Notes: generated by a model not told the origin, from the letters alone. A stretch of 64,000 nt of DNA from an uncultured Solirubrobacterales bacterium (GCA_963724405.1 CAVRUQ010000003.1:1722140-1786139), one strand, 5' to 3'; counted from the stretch's first letter, positions 49,317-58,822 are shown. Numbers and translations: made by a program.

Positions 49317-49720
49317 TGCGATCTCCTTCTCGGTCTCGCCTTCTTTGACGGTGTGGACGGCCCCGACTCATCGGTCTCTTCTGCGAGGAATCGGCCGAGC
49401 CGATCGAGCCGCGCTTCCCACGCCGCGCGCCGCTCGCTGATCCAGCGCTCGGCCGTGCTGAGCGCGAGCGGCTCGATCTCGCACGTGCGCACGCGCCCCA
49501 CCTTGTGCGAGCGCACCATGCCGCTCGCCTCGAGCACGTGCAGGTGCTGGATGACCGCCGGGAGGGAGATCCCGAGCGGGCGCGCGAGCTCGCTCACGGA
49601 GACCGGCCCGTCGAGGAGACGGTCGATCATCGCACGCCGGTTCGCGTCCGAGAGGGCGTGGAACACGACGTCGATCGGCGGTTCGCCTGGTGTGGGTTGC
49701 GCGGGCAGATACTGAAGCAT
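49313..49720 (-). CDS. ArsR/SmtB family transcriptional regulator
   Basis: HTH HALSDANRRAMIDRLLDGPVSVSELARPLGISLPAVIQHLHVLEASGMV. ATGA overlap with the downstream SRPBCC gene. Confidence 0.85.
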   Translation of the reverse strand: MLQYLPAQPTPGEPPIDVVFHALSDANRRAMIDRLLDGPVSVSELARPLGISLPAVIQHLHVLEASGMVRSHKVGRVRTCEIEPLALSTAERWISERRAAWEARLDRLGRFLAEETDESGPSTPSKKARPRRRSQ

Positions 49721-49816
49721 CTACTTAAGTATTGCACGAAGCACCCGGGGTCATGAGCCGCAGAGCTGTATCTTGATGCTTGCTTTCTAACATCACGATT
49801 CGCTAGGCTCACTGGT

Positions 49817-50053
49817 ATGCGCACCACTCTCACCTTGGCGGACGATGTCGCGGCCGCTATCGAGCGAGTTCGTCGTGAGCGCTCGATCGGCCTGAGCGAA
49901 GCCGTCAATGAACTTGTTCGTGCCGGCCTCGTCGTCACACAGGACAGACCACCGACTTCGTTTCGGCAGAAGTCCCACGACCTCGGCCGCGGGATCGACT
50001 TCGACAACATTGCCGACACCCTCGAGACGCTCGATGGACCGTCGAGCAGCTGA
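49817..50053 (+). CDS. Ribbon-helix-helix antitoxin (VapB/CopG-like)
   Basis: 78 aa. N-terminal TLTLADDVAAAIERV RHH pattern. 1-nt stop/start overlap (TGATG) with the downstream PIN gene. Confidence 0.6.
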   Translation: MRTTLTLADDVAAAIERVRRERSIGLSEAVNELVRAGLVVTQDRPPTSFRQKSHDLGRGIDFDNIADTLETLDGPSSS

Positions 50054-50478
50054 TGCTGCTCGACGCCGACCTGCTGCTCTACGCCGTTCACGAGCGCGCC
50101 GAGCAACACGAGCAGGCCACGGCGTGGATGACGGAGAAGCTCAACGGCGCAGTTCGCGTGGGGTTTCCATGGCAGAGCATCAACGCGTTCCTGCGCATCT
50201 CGACCCATCCACGCGCGTTTCAGCGGCCGCTTGACCCTGAAACAGCATGGGAGCGCGTCACCGACTGGCTCGCCGCGCCTGTCGCCTGGGTCCCGCAGCC
50301 GGGCTCTGAGTATCAACGCATCTTTGGCGAGCTCATCGGAACCCACCAGGTACGCGGCAACCTGATTCCCGACGCCGCGCTTGCCGCCCTCGCCGTCGAA
50401 CACGGCGTCACGCTCGCCTCTACCGACACGGACTTCGCGCGCTTTCGCGGGCTTCGGTGGGAGAACCCGCTGAACTGA
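50053..50478 (+). CDS. PIN-domain toxin (VapC-like)
   Basis: N-terminal LLDADLL acidic motif, a mid Asp/Glu and the C-terminal TDTDFARF motif, as in PIN nucleases. Confidence 0.65.
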   Translation: MLLDADLLLYAVHERAEQHEQATAWMTEKLNGAVRVGFPWQSINAFLRISTHPRAFQRPLDPETAWERVTDWLAAPVAWVPQPGSEYQRIFGELIGTHQVRGNLIPDAALAALAVEHGVTLASTDTDFARFRGLRWENPLN

Positions 50479-50784
50479 GCGAATGGGGCAGGGCCGATCC
50501 GCGCCTCCCGGGGCGACTCTGACAAACTCGACCGTTGCGACCGCCGCGCCGATCGCTCGCGCATGTCATTGCTGGATCGCGAGCTCGATCCGACGTCCAA
50601 CACACGATCGAGGCAACCTCGAGCAGCTGGCTGAGCTGCCTCAGCACGGGCGGGAATCCATGCCAGGCGAGCTCTCTGGTCGACCGACCACCCGGCATGT
50701 TTGACATCCGTCTGACGCGCGCCCGATTCGGGCGCAAAGCGGCGTCGCCGTGGTCGCGATAAGCCGGCCGATCGGGTGCACCCT

Positions 50785-50860
<76 letters not shown>

Positions 50861-50981
50861 GCCTCGACACCAGCCGGCACGATGCGGATGGGTCGGTCCG
50901 TATCAGGTTTGGCGGGCCGGCGCTCTTCGTCTTTGAGCACCGACCCGATCGGTTCACCACACGCCAAGACAGGGGAGTTCG

Positions 50982-53087
50982 ATGAGTCCTCAGCCACCCG
51001 AGTTCGAAGCGGGAGGGGCACCCAAGCTCCCGCGCGAGCGCGCGCATTTCACCGAGCTACTGCTCGCCAACCACTTCAAGGAGATTGCTGCTCCGGCGGA
51101 GGGGACTCCGCCCGAGGGCAACACGACCTACGAACAGCTCACGTGCATCGGCTATCAGCCACAGCTCGGCCAGCTCAACGCCGTCGTGAGCCTCAAGCAG
51201 GCGAACGGCTACTCGGGCGGGATCTGCAGTGCCGGCTCGCAGGAGTACGTGAAGTTCTTTGCCTCGACCGACGGCGGTGCAACATGGACCACGCTTGGCG
51301 TCACCTCGTTCACCTCCCGGGACGTGGCCGGACCGAAGCCCCTCGAGTTCGACGTCACCCTTCCGGTCGATCTGGCCCAGGCGTGCTGCAAGAAGGAGAA
51401 CCTCGTCCTCATCCGCGCGATCCTCTCCTGGCGGGTGCCGCCGGGCGGCGCCACCGACCCGGTGGTGTGGGGCAATGGCGTCGACGCCTACGTCCAGGTC
51501 GCTCCGCTGACGCTCGGCACCCTCACCGAGGTCTTGGAGTGCCTGGAGATCCCGCTTGAGCCCCACGTGCTCAGCGAAATCGCCAACCCCGAGCAGATCG
51601 TCGAGTTCGGTCCCGCCAAGCCGCTCACGCCGCTGCAGCTGCACGAGCTCTACCGCGACACCGACATTCCCCAGCATCGGTACCTGCTCGGCCCCGTGGC
51701 GCAGCTGCTGGCCGATCCGGTGGCCCTCGGCGCCGCGGTCGACCAGCCTGGGCTGCAGCTGTTTCCGGGACTGCAGGGCATCGCCGAGATCGGATCGATC
51801 GTCGGCAGCATCCTGGATCCGCAGGGCAACGAGACCTACGAGCAGCTCGGCTGCATCGGGCTGAACCCGAGCACCAGCGCGCTCGTGGCCACGATCGACG
51901 TCAAGCAGTCGGCCGGGTACTCGGGCAGCCTCTGCACCAGCGGCAGCCAGGAGTACGTCGCCTTCTGGGCCGACTCCGGGAGTGGCTACGAGTACGTGGG
52001 GACGAGCTCGGTCAACGTGCACGACCTCCCGTCGATCCCTGCCGGCGGCGTGCGGTACTCCGCGGCGCTGCCGTTCCCGCAGGCGCTCACGCAGCGCCGG
52101 GCATGCACCGACGGACCGAACACGGTGGCCATCCGGGCCGTGCTGTCGTGGGCGACGCCCCCGTCGGACACGAACCCGTACGCGGTTCCGGTCTGGGGCG
52201 GGCATCTGGAGGCGACGGTCCTCATCCCGCCCGGCGAGCCGGTCATGCCCGGGGGCGGCCCGGACCTCGAGTCCATCGGCAACATGCCGATCGGCCTCAT
52301 CGACCAGGGGACCGGCCTGGCCACCGGCCAGTCGCTGGCCACGTTCGTCGCCACCGCGTCGCCGTTTGGCGGAGTCGTCAACTTCAGCGGGCACGTGATC
52401 AATCCGTCGGGTGGCGTGGGCGGCACCGGCCTCAGCTACCGGATCCTCATCAGCACCGACGGTGGCGTCACCTCGACGCCGATGACCGCGCCGTTCCACG
52501 TCGAGACGAACAACTGGATCACCTCGGTTCAGACGTCCGTCCTGCAGACACCCGACTCGTCCGGGTGGGTCAGCTGCCTGGAGAACTACGCCGCGAACAC
52601 CGACGTCGTCGGCAACCTGCTCGGCCAGTGGACGACTGCGGGCAACGGACAGCTGTGGGTGGCGATGGAGGCTCGTCAGGGCTCCACGCCCCTCGGTCCC
52701 GCGATGCCGACGTGGACGCTCATCCAACTGGACAACACCGCCCCGTCTCCGGTCACGGTGGAGATCACCAGCGGCGGCGGCTCGTGCGGCGACTTCCAGC
52801 CGGGAGCGCTCATCGAAGGCACCTACTCGGCGGCCGACAACGAGGATCTCCGGGCCGTGAGCATCGCAGTCGAGATGCCGATGCCCGGGTCGACCCTGAC
52901 CAAGGTGCCGACGTTCACCAGCCTGACCAGCGAGTCGGGCACGTGGAGCCTGCAGACGCTGCCGACGACGGAGCCGTGCGGGTACACGATCGTCGCTCAG
53001 GCCAGCGACAACACGATCGTCAACAGCGGGTTCGTCGGCTGGACCACGGAGGCCTTCACCGGTCTGTGCCTGCGGCCCGCCACGTGA
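50982..53087 (+). CDS. Uncharacterised 701-aa protein with an internal tandem duplication of a ~205-aa domain
   Basis: Residues ~47-250 and ~284-490 are clear paralogous repeats (NTTYEQLTCIGYQPQ...YSGGICSAGSQEYVKFF... versus NETYEQLGCIGLNPS...YSGSLCTSGSQEYVAFW...). Conserved Cys pairs. No signal peptide at the annotated start. Confidence 0.5.
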   Translation: MSPQPPEFEAGGAPKLPRERAHFTELLLANHFKEIAAPAEGTPPEGNTTYEQLTCIGYQPQLGQLNAVVSLKQANGYSGGICSAGSQEYVKFFASTDGGATWTTLGVTSFTSRDVAGPKPLEFDVTLPVDLAQACCKKENLVLIRAILSWRVPPGGATDPVVWGNGVDAYVQVAPLTLGTLTEVLECLEIPLEPHVLSEIANPEQIVEFGPAKPLTPLQLHELYRDTDIPQHRYLLGPVAQLLADPVALGAAVDQPGLQLFPGLQGIAEIGSIVGSILDPQGNETYEQLGCIGLNPSTSALVATIDVKQSAGYSGSLCTSGSQEYVAFWADSGSGYEYVGTSSVNVHDLPSIPAGGVRYSAALPFPQALTQRRACTDGPNTVAIRAVLSWATPPSDTNPYAVPVWGGHLEATVLIPPGEPVMPGGGPDLESIGNMPIGLIDQGTGLATGQSLATFVATASPFGGVVNFSGHVINPSGGVGGTGLSYRILISTDGGVTSTPMTAPFHVETNNWITSVQTSVLQTPDSSGWVSCLENYAANTDVVGNLLGQWTTAGNGQLWVAMEARQGSTPLGPAMPTWTLIQLDNTAPSPVTVEITSGGGSCGDFQPGALIEGTYSAADNEDLRAVSIAVEMPMPGSTLTKVPTFTSLTSESGTWSLQTLPTTEPCGYTIVAQASDNTIVNSGFVGWTTEAFTGLCLRPAT

Positions 53088-53102
53088 CCGCGGGGAGGAG
53101 GG

Positions 53103-53442
53103 TCACATGCGCCTGACCGACCCACCGGCGCGTTTCGTGCTGGCGTCACTCGCCACCTGGCGAGTGACGCACCTCCTCGCCGAGGAGGACGGGCCGGCCG
53201 ACGTCGTCGTGCGCCTGCGGGCGCGCGCCGGCGCCGGCCGGCTCGGCGGCCTGATGGACTGCTTCGGCTGCCTGAGCATCTGGGTGGCGGCGCCCTTCAG
53301 CGTCGGCCTGGCCGGCGCGCGACGCCGAGGCCCGGTGGCGTGGCTCGCCGTGTCCGGGGCGGCCTGCCTGCTCGAGCAGGCCACCCGCGCGCGCACCGCG
53401 CCGTCCCACGTTCCGACCGAAGAGGAGACCGAACAGCCATGA
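53103..53442 (+). CDS. DUF1360 family small membrane protein
   Basis: Motifs RVTHLL, DGPADVVVRLRA and DCFGCLSIWVA (C-x-x-C-x-S-x-W), characteristic of DUF1360. GGGAGGAGG RBS. Confidence 0.55.
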
Positions 53443-53807
53443 GCTGCTGCGGCGCTAAGCGCGAGACACTGAAGCGAGGTGGGACGGCGACCTCGGGGCG
53501 TGCGTCGCAGTCGCCTCGCGCGGCGGGGGCAGCGCCGGCGCCTGTGCGGGACCCCGGGTCGGGCAGGAGTGTGGCCATCCTGGCATACCTCGCGCGCAAT
53601 GCGCCCGGGCGCAAGGCGTGAGCGGGACGTGGCTGACCGTGCGCGGCCGCCACGACGGCTCGACCTCCCGATCACGAAAGGCCGCAGAGACAAATGAGGG
53701 CCAGCTGACGATCGCATCCAACGACTGCGTCGTCGCCAGCCCGCCCGACGCTGGTAGGGTGGCCACCACCGTCCGATCTGGGACGGGACGTTGCGCAAGG
53801 GGGCGTC

Positions 53808-54389
53808 ATGACGAAGAAGGCGATCAGACGCGCAGCCACGGCTGGGGCTCTCGCGTTGGGCCTCTTGCCGATCGGAGCAGTCGCCGCGCCGCCGACGCCG
53901 GCGACCGCGCACGCCGGTTACGTCGGCACGGTGAGCGGCAGCCGGGCCTTCGTCGCCGTCGTAGTGAACGGCGGGAGCGTGACGGCCTACGTGTGCGACT
54001 CGCACTCGGTCGCTCGGTGGTTCAGGGGAACGGTCCACGGTGGACGGGCCACGCTCGAGTCGACCACCGGCGACTCGGTCCTGGCAGTCACCGTCGCGCA
54101 GCGGCGGGCAACGGGAACCGTCCGCCTTGCCGGCGTGACGCACTCCTTCTCGGCCACCCCCGACGACGGGGAGGCGGGCCTGTATCGCGGCACCAGGACC
54201 GCGGCCGGTCAGCGGTATCTCGGCGGCTGGATCATCCTGCCCGACGGGCGCCAGCGCGGCGCGGTCGTCTCCGGTTCCACAGTGGTGGCCAGCCCCACGC
54301 TCAACCCGAACGACCTGACGGTCGACGTCAAGCCCAAGGACATGCCGAAGCACGTGGTCATCGCCATCATCGCGATCCTCATCGGCTGA
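53808..54389 (+). CDS. Signal-peptide protein with a C-terminal TM anchor (193 aa), uncharacterised
   Basis: N-terminal signal peptide (AGALALGLLPIGAVAAPPTPATAHA). C-terminal hydrophobic anchor HVVIAIIAILIG. The C-terminal 50 aa is duplicated at 60470-60645. Confidence 0.5.
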   Translation: MTKKAIRRAATAGALALGLLPIGAVAAPPTPATAHAGYVGTVSGSRAFVAVVVNGGSVTAYVCDSHSVARWFRGTVHGGRATLESTTGDSVLAVTVAQRRATGTVRLAGVTHSFSATPDDGEAGLYRGTRTAAGQRYLGGWIILPDGRQRGAVVSGSTVVASPTLNPNDLTVDVKPKDMPKHVVIAIIAILIG

Positions 54390-54761
54390 GCGCGCCGGCT
54401 GCGAGGTCTCCCATCAATCGGGTAGGGGCCGGGCGGCCCCGGCCCCTCCCACACCACCGGACATGCGGGTCGTCCCAGAGACTCCCGCAGAGGCCTCCCG
54501 GGATAAGGCCAGCCACCTTCCTCGCGCACCCGCCGCATTTACGTGACGGCCCCCTGATGACATCGGGCTTCGCCATATCGTGCTGGCTCGCCCAGACCGC
54601 CCCGCCTCTGATGCGATTCGTGTCCCTCGGGTCGCGATTTTCGCCTCCGGCTTCCTTCCCACCCCGCCTCACGACGACGCAGTTGCCCTTGACTTGTGGT
54701 TGGTGTCATCAACCTCCACAGGGGACTCGCACCCCCAAGCGGCTGGTCATGCCCGGCGTAC

Positions 54762-54893
54762 ACGCCGAAGGCCGCCCTCGCGGGCGGCCTTCGGGTCTCA
54801 GTCGGCCTCCGTGCGGGCCCTTTCGGGCCTCGCGCTGCGGTCGGCCGGGATAGCGGGGGCGGGATCCGAAACCCGCGACCTTCGGTTATGAGC
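54762..54893 (-). repeat. Repeat A: hairpin flank plus degenerate tRNA-fMet 3-prime half
   Basis: Contains GCCGAAGGCCGCCCTCGCGGGCGGCCTTCGGGTCTC hairpin, GGCCTCCGTGCGGGCCC..., CGGTCGGCCGGGATAGCGGGGGCGGGATCCGAAACCCGCGACCTTCGGTTATGAGCC. About 90% identical to copy D. The anticodon stem is disrupted. Confidence 0.8.
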
Positions 54894-54920
54894 CAAGACG
54901 GGGTCCTGCTGAGCGGAGCG

Positions 54921-55547
54921 TCAGGCCGCCGGCGCGACGACCGTCTCGACCAGGCCGCTGACGACGTCGTAGACATGGCCGGACAGTCTGATGCGAGGAG
55001 AGATCGCGGGCGCCGCGCGGAGGCGCTCCACGTCGTCGGCGACGGTCGCCGCGGGATCGACGACAGCGTGCGCGCGCAGGCTCGATTCCTCGGCGCCGAT
55101 CCGCGCGGCGTACCGGTGTCGGAAGGTGTCGTCAGCGAGCGCCCCGGCGCCGCACTGGTTGTGGTGGATCACCGCAACCTCGAAGAGTGGCCCGTCGTCG
55201 GGGATTGCGTACTCCGCGATTTGGCCGATGAAGGCCACGTCGTTGATGACCTCTGGGGTAGCGCGCCCGCCCACGTTGCGGACGACCATCGCGTCGCCGA
55301 GGCGGAGGCCCAGGAAGTGCGCGGGGTCGACGCGCGGGTCAAGGCAGGTGATGACGAACAGGCGCAGGTTGGGGAACACGACGGCGCCTTCATGGCCGCC
55401 CGCGACGGCGAAGGCGCGGTTGCGCTCGAGCGCGATCTCGACGTTCCCGGCGACCGGCTCGGCGGGCCTGGCCAGCTCGAATCCGGTGGCCCGGCCGATC
55501 CCCGAGCCGGCGTTCGTGCGGAGCGGTGTGGATGGATGGTTGCTCAT
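54921..55547 (-). CDS. Beta-class carbonic anhydrase
   Basis: C-x-D-x-R motif (ITCLDPRV) and H-x-x-C motif (HHNQCGA), the zinc ligands of beta-CA. Confidence 0.8.
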   Translation of the reverse strand: MSNHPSTPLRTNAGSGIGRATGFELARPAEPVAGNVEIALERNRAFAVAGGHEGAVVFPNLRLFVITCLDPRVDPAHFLGLRLGDAMVVRNVGGRATPEVINDVAFIGQIAEYAIPDDGPLFEVAVIHHNQCGAGALADDTFRHRYAARIGAEESSLRAHAVVDPAATVADDVERLRAAPAISPRIRLSGHVYDVVSGLVETVVAPAA

Positions 55548-55579
55548 GGTGTGCTGTCTCCTGCGGCTTGGGGATGGGA

Positions 55580-57148
55580 TCAGCTGCTCGCCCTAGCGGT
55601 GGTGGGCGAGCCGGTTGCTCGCAGCTCGGCTGCTTGATCGTTGCTCACGCTCGGCTGGGCGGGCAGCAGCGAGAGCGCCATCACCGCGCCTGCGGCGGCA
55701 ACACCTGCGGCCAGGTAGTTCGCGGCGTGGAAACCGTGGAAGAACGCTGCGCTTGCGGCGTTGTGAAGAGCCGCCGCGAACACTGGATGGCCTGCTGACC
55801 CCAGCTCACTTGACGCGGTGAGCGCGGCGCCAACGGACGCGTGCGCGGTCCGCGCGACGGCGGTCGGCAATCCGATCGGGAGCGCGATCGAGAGCCGGCG
55901 GGCGTACAACGAGGCGTACAAACTCCCCATCACCGCAACGCCGAGCGTGCCGCCGAGCAGGCGCGTGGCGTCGTTGATCGCCGACCCGACGCCGGCCTTG
56001 GCCTTCGGCACCACGCCCATGATCGCCTCGGTCGCGGGTGCGCTCGTGAGGCCCAAGCCCGTCCCGGCCACGACCATCTGGGCGGCGATCGTCCCATAGC
56101 CGGTGCCGGCCGTTGCGGTCGTGAGCCACAGGTAGAAGGCAGCCATCAAGAACAGCCCGGAGGCCACGACCAACTTCGTGCCGAGCCGCACGGCCAGCCT
56201 GGCACCGAAGATCGAGGAGACGGCGACGCAGGAGGCGACCGGCAGCAGACGCACCCCGGTTGAGAGCGGGCCGTAGCCCTTCAGGAACTGGAAGTACTGG
56301 GTGACGAGGAAGATGAACCCGGACAGCGCGAAGAACGAGATCGCGACCGAGGCACTCGCGGCGGTGAAGCGAGGGTTGGCGAACAGGGTCAGGTCGAGCA
56401 TCGGCTGCTTGGTGCGGCGCTCCCAGGCCACGAACGCCGCCGCCAGCGCGGCCGTGAATGCGAAGCCACCGAGTGTCCGCGCGCTAGCCCAGCCTTGGTT
56501 CGGGGCCTCGATGATCGTGTAAACGAGCAGCCCGATCATTGCGGTCGAGAGCGCGAAGCCGGCGCGGTCGGTGTCGGGCGCGTGCGGGTCGCGCGAGGCC
56601 GGCGCGTAGCGGGCGACGAGGAAGCCGGCAAGAGCGGCGATCGGCGCCATCGCGAAGAAGATGCTGCGCCAGTCGAACGCCTGTAGCAGCCACCCGCCGG
56701 CGATCGGGCCGAGCGCGATCGCCGCTCCCGTGGTCGCACCCCACAGTCCGATCGCCCGTGCGCGCTCGCCGCGTTCGCTGAAGACGTTCGAGATCAGCGA
56801 CAGCGTCGAGGGAAACACCATCGCCGCACCCACGCCCATCACCGAGCGCGCCGCGATCAGCGCGCCGGGACTGTTCGTCAGCCCCCCGGCCAAGCTCGCC
56901 AGACCGAACACCGACAGGCCGGCGAGCAGCATCCCCTTGCGCCCGAACCGGTCCGACAGGCTTCCCGCCGCCAGCACCGATCCAGCGAACAACAGGTTGA
57001 ACGCGTCCACGACCCACTGCAGCTGCGAGTTTGACGCGTGCAGCTCGCGGACGAGGGTCGGCAGCGCGACGTTGACGATCGTCGTGTCGAGGTTGATGAC
57101 GAACGCCGCCAGCAGCAGCGAGGTGAGGATCAGCGGCTTGAGTTTCAT
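55580..57148 (-). CDS. MFS transporter, DHA2 (14-TMS) family
   Basis: LDTTIVNVALPTLVRELH and LSDRFGRKGML motifs. Start at the Met at 57148 with a GGAGGAG RBS. Confidence 0.85.
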   Translation of the reverse strand: MKLKPLILTSLLLAAFVINLDTTIVNVALPTLVRELHASNSQLQWVVDAFNLLFAGSVLAAGSLSDRFGRKGMLLAGLSVFGLASLAGGLTNSPGALIAARSVMGVGAAMVFPSTLSLISNVFSERGERARAIGLWGATTGAAIALGPIAGGWLLQAFDWRSIFFAMAPIAALAGFLVARYAPASRDPHAPDTDRAGFALSTAMIGLLVYTIIEAPNQGWASARTLGGFAFTAALAAAFVAWERRTKQPMLDLTLFANPRFTAASASVAISFFALSGFIFLVTQYFQFLKGYGPLSTGVRLLPVASCVAVSSIFGARLAVRLGTKLVVASGLFLMAAFYLWLTTATAGTGYGTIAAQMVVAGTGLGLTSAPATEAIMGVVPKAKAGVGSAINDATRLLGGTLGVAVMGSLYASLYARRLSIALPIGLPTAVARTAHASVGAALTASSELGSAGHPVFAAALHNAASAAFFHGFHAANYLAAGVAAAGAVMALSLLPAQPSVSNDQAAELRATGSPTTARASS

Positions 57149-57262
57149 GACTCCTCCGGTCGAACGCGGTCGGACAAGGCTCGACATCGTTCTAAACCAA
57201 GAAGACAAGAAAATCAAGTTATCAGACTAATATTAGTACCTTCTGCTAGAGTAAGTTCGCAA

Positions 57263-57937
57263 ATGAGGTCCTACGACGAGTACTGCGCACTCGCGAAATC
57301 GCTCGACGTCGTCGGCGACCGGTGGACGCTGCTGATCATCCGCGAGCTCGCGTTGCGCGGACCATGCCGGTACACCGACGTGCGTAACGGACTCCCCGGG
57401 ATCGCCAGCAACCTGCTGGCCGAGCGGCTGCGCGAGCTCGAGCACGCCGGCGTCATCGCGCGCGAGGAAGCGCCGCCACCGATCGCGACCACCCTGCTCC
57501 GCCTCACCCCGCGCGGCGAGCAGCTCCGGCCGGCACTCGAGGACTTGATCCGGTGGGGGCTTCCGCTGATGACCGATCAGAAGCCCGATGATGCCGTCCG
57601 GAGCCACTGGCTGGCGTGGGCGCTCGAGCTCATGCTCAGCGATCGCCAGCCGGACGCACCCGCCGTGACCGTCGAGCTTGTCACGGGCGATCAACCGATC
57701 GTGATCGAAACACGCGACGGCGCGATCCACACCCGGCTCGGCCCGGCCGACGGAGCCGACGCGACGCTCACCGGACCCCCGAAGCCGATCCTCGGGCTCC
57801 TGCTCGGCCTCCTCCAACCCGCCGATGCCAAGGCGCGCGGAATCGACTACCAGGGCGACCCGGCCATCCTCGACCGCATCGGCGTTGCACACGACACCAA
57901 GCGCTTCACGGAGCTGAACGCAAACGGACCCTCCTGA
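57263..57937 (+). CDS. HxlR family winged-helix transcriptional regulator
   Basis: YCALAKSLDVVGDRWTLLIIRELALRGPCRYTDVRNGLPGIASNLLAERLRELEHAGVI is the canonical HxlR signature. Divergent from the MFS gene. Confidence 0.8.
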   Translation: MRSYDEYCALAKSLDVVGDRWTLLIIRELALRGPCRYTDVRNGLPGIASNLLAERLRELEHAGVIAREEAPPPIATTLLRLTPRGEQLRPALEDLIRWGLPLMTDQKPDDAVRSHWLAWALELMLSDRQPDAPAVTVELVTGDQPIVIETRDGAIHTRLGPADGADATLTGPPKPILGLLLGLLQPADAKARGIDYQGDPAILDRIGVAHDTKRFTELNANGPS

Positions 57938-58077
57938 TGCGGGAGCGACCGTGCGGCTCTGGCGATGGACAGAGCTGATCGGCGCTTTCGAACCGCGTGG
58001 ACGTGGGAAAACTCGCGGCGGAACTGGCGGTTGCCGCCTGTTGTGACCGTTGACGCGGCCCCATTTCACGGCCTGCG

Positions 58078-58216
58078 CCACCAACGCCGAAGGCCACTTC
58101 TCGACTGGCCTTCGGGTCTTCGGTCGGCCTCCGTGCGGGCCCCTCGGGTCACGCCCCTTGCTCGGCCGGGGTAGCGGCGGCGGGATTCGAGCCGGAGACT
58201 TCGGATTATGAGCCCG
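58078..58216 (-). repeat. Repeat B: hairpin flank plus degenerate tRNA-fMet 3-prime half (most diverged copy)
   Basis: CACCAACGCCGAAGGCCACTTCTCGACTGGCCTTCGGGTCTTCGGTCGGCCTCCGTGCGGGCCC...GGTAGCGGCGGCGGGATTCGAGCCGGAGACTTCGGATTATGAGCCCGG. The hairpin keeps compensatory base changes. Confidence 0.75.
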
Positions 58217-58613
58217 GAATCTGGGAGCGAGGCTGCGCCCGCCCGGCGATTCGGTTGAGCTTCTTGTCGAGCGTCAGCAGCGTCGCGTCCGCGCCCAGCG
58301 CAGTCGCGAGAGACAGCGCATCGGGCAGACGCAGCGAGGGGTGGTCGGCCCTGAGACGAGCCGCGCGCCGAGCAACGGCGCGATCGACCGGGACGACCGC
58401 GATGCCCGCTGCATCGAGAAATCCCTCCACCGTCGAGTCGGTCCCCTGCTGCAACGGGCGCACGATCGTCTCGGCATAGACAGTCGCGCCCAGCAGCAAC
58501 TCGTCGCCCGCTGCCAGCCGGGGACGCAGCTGCGCCACGGCGCGGTCGTGCTGATCGTCCCCGGGATCGAGGAATGCGATCACGACGTCCGCGTCCAGCG
58601 CTACCCGCGCCAC
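58206..58613 (-). CDS. PIN-domain toxin (VapC-like)
   Basis: N-terminal ALDADVVIAFLD, mid AETIV and C-terminal LTLDKKL motifs. Overlaps the upstream antitoxin ORF by 13 nt. Confidence 0.7.
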   Translation of the reverse strand: MARVALDADVVIAFLDPGDDQHDRAVAQLRPRLAAGDELLLGATVYAETIVRPLQQGTDSTVEGFLDAAGIAVVPVDRAVARRAARLRADHPSLRLPDALSLATALGADATLLTLDKKLNRIAGRAQPRSQIPGS

Positions 58614-58822
58614 TCGCCACGCAGCTCGTCGAGGTGCCCACGCGGATACGTTCCAGCAGGCAGGCTGCCGGCGTATCGGTCGATCACGTCGTCGGCGCGC
58701 TCGACCTCGATCCGGCCGCGGCCCGCCGCTCGAATCACGACCTCGTCACCCGCTGCCAAGCCAGCCTCCTTGATCACGCGAACGGGAAGGGTCACCTGAT
58801 TCTTTCTAGAAACCTTGCTCAT
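58601..58822 (-). CDS. AbrB/MazE/SpoVT-type antitoxin
   Basis: MSKVSRKNQVTLPVRVIKEAGLAAGDEVVI swapped-hairpin beta-barrel signature. Start at the Met at 58822 in a locally AT-richer promoter region. Confidence 0.65.
   Translation of the reverse strand: MSKVSRKNQVTLPVRVIKEAGLAAGDEVVIRAAGRGRIEVERADDVIDRYAGSLPAGTYPRGHLDELRGEWRG

Noticed and set aside
51057-52727. 556-aa minus-strand ORF
   Set aside because: Antisense to the 701-aa tandem-domain ORF. Arg/Gly/Asp-rich with no motifs.
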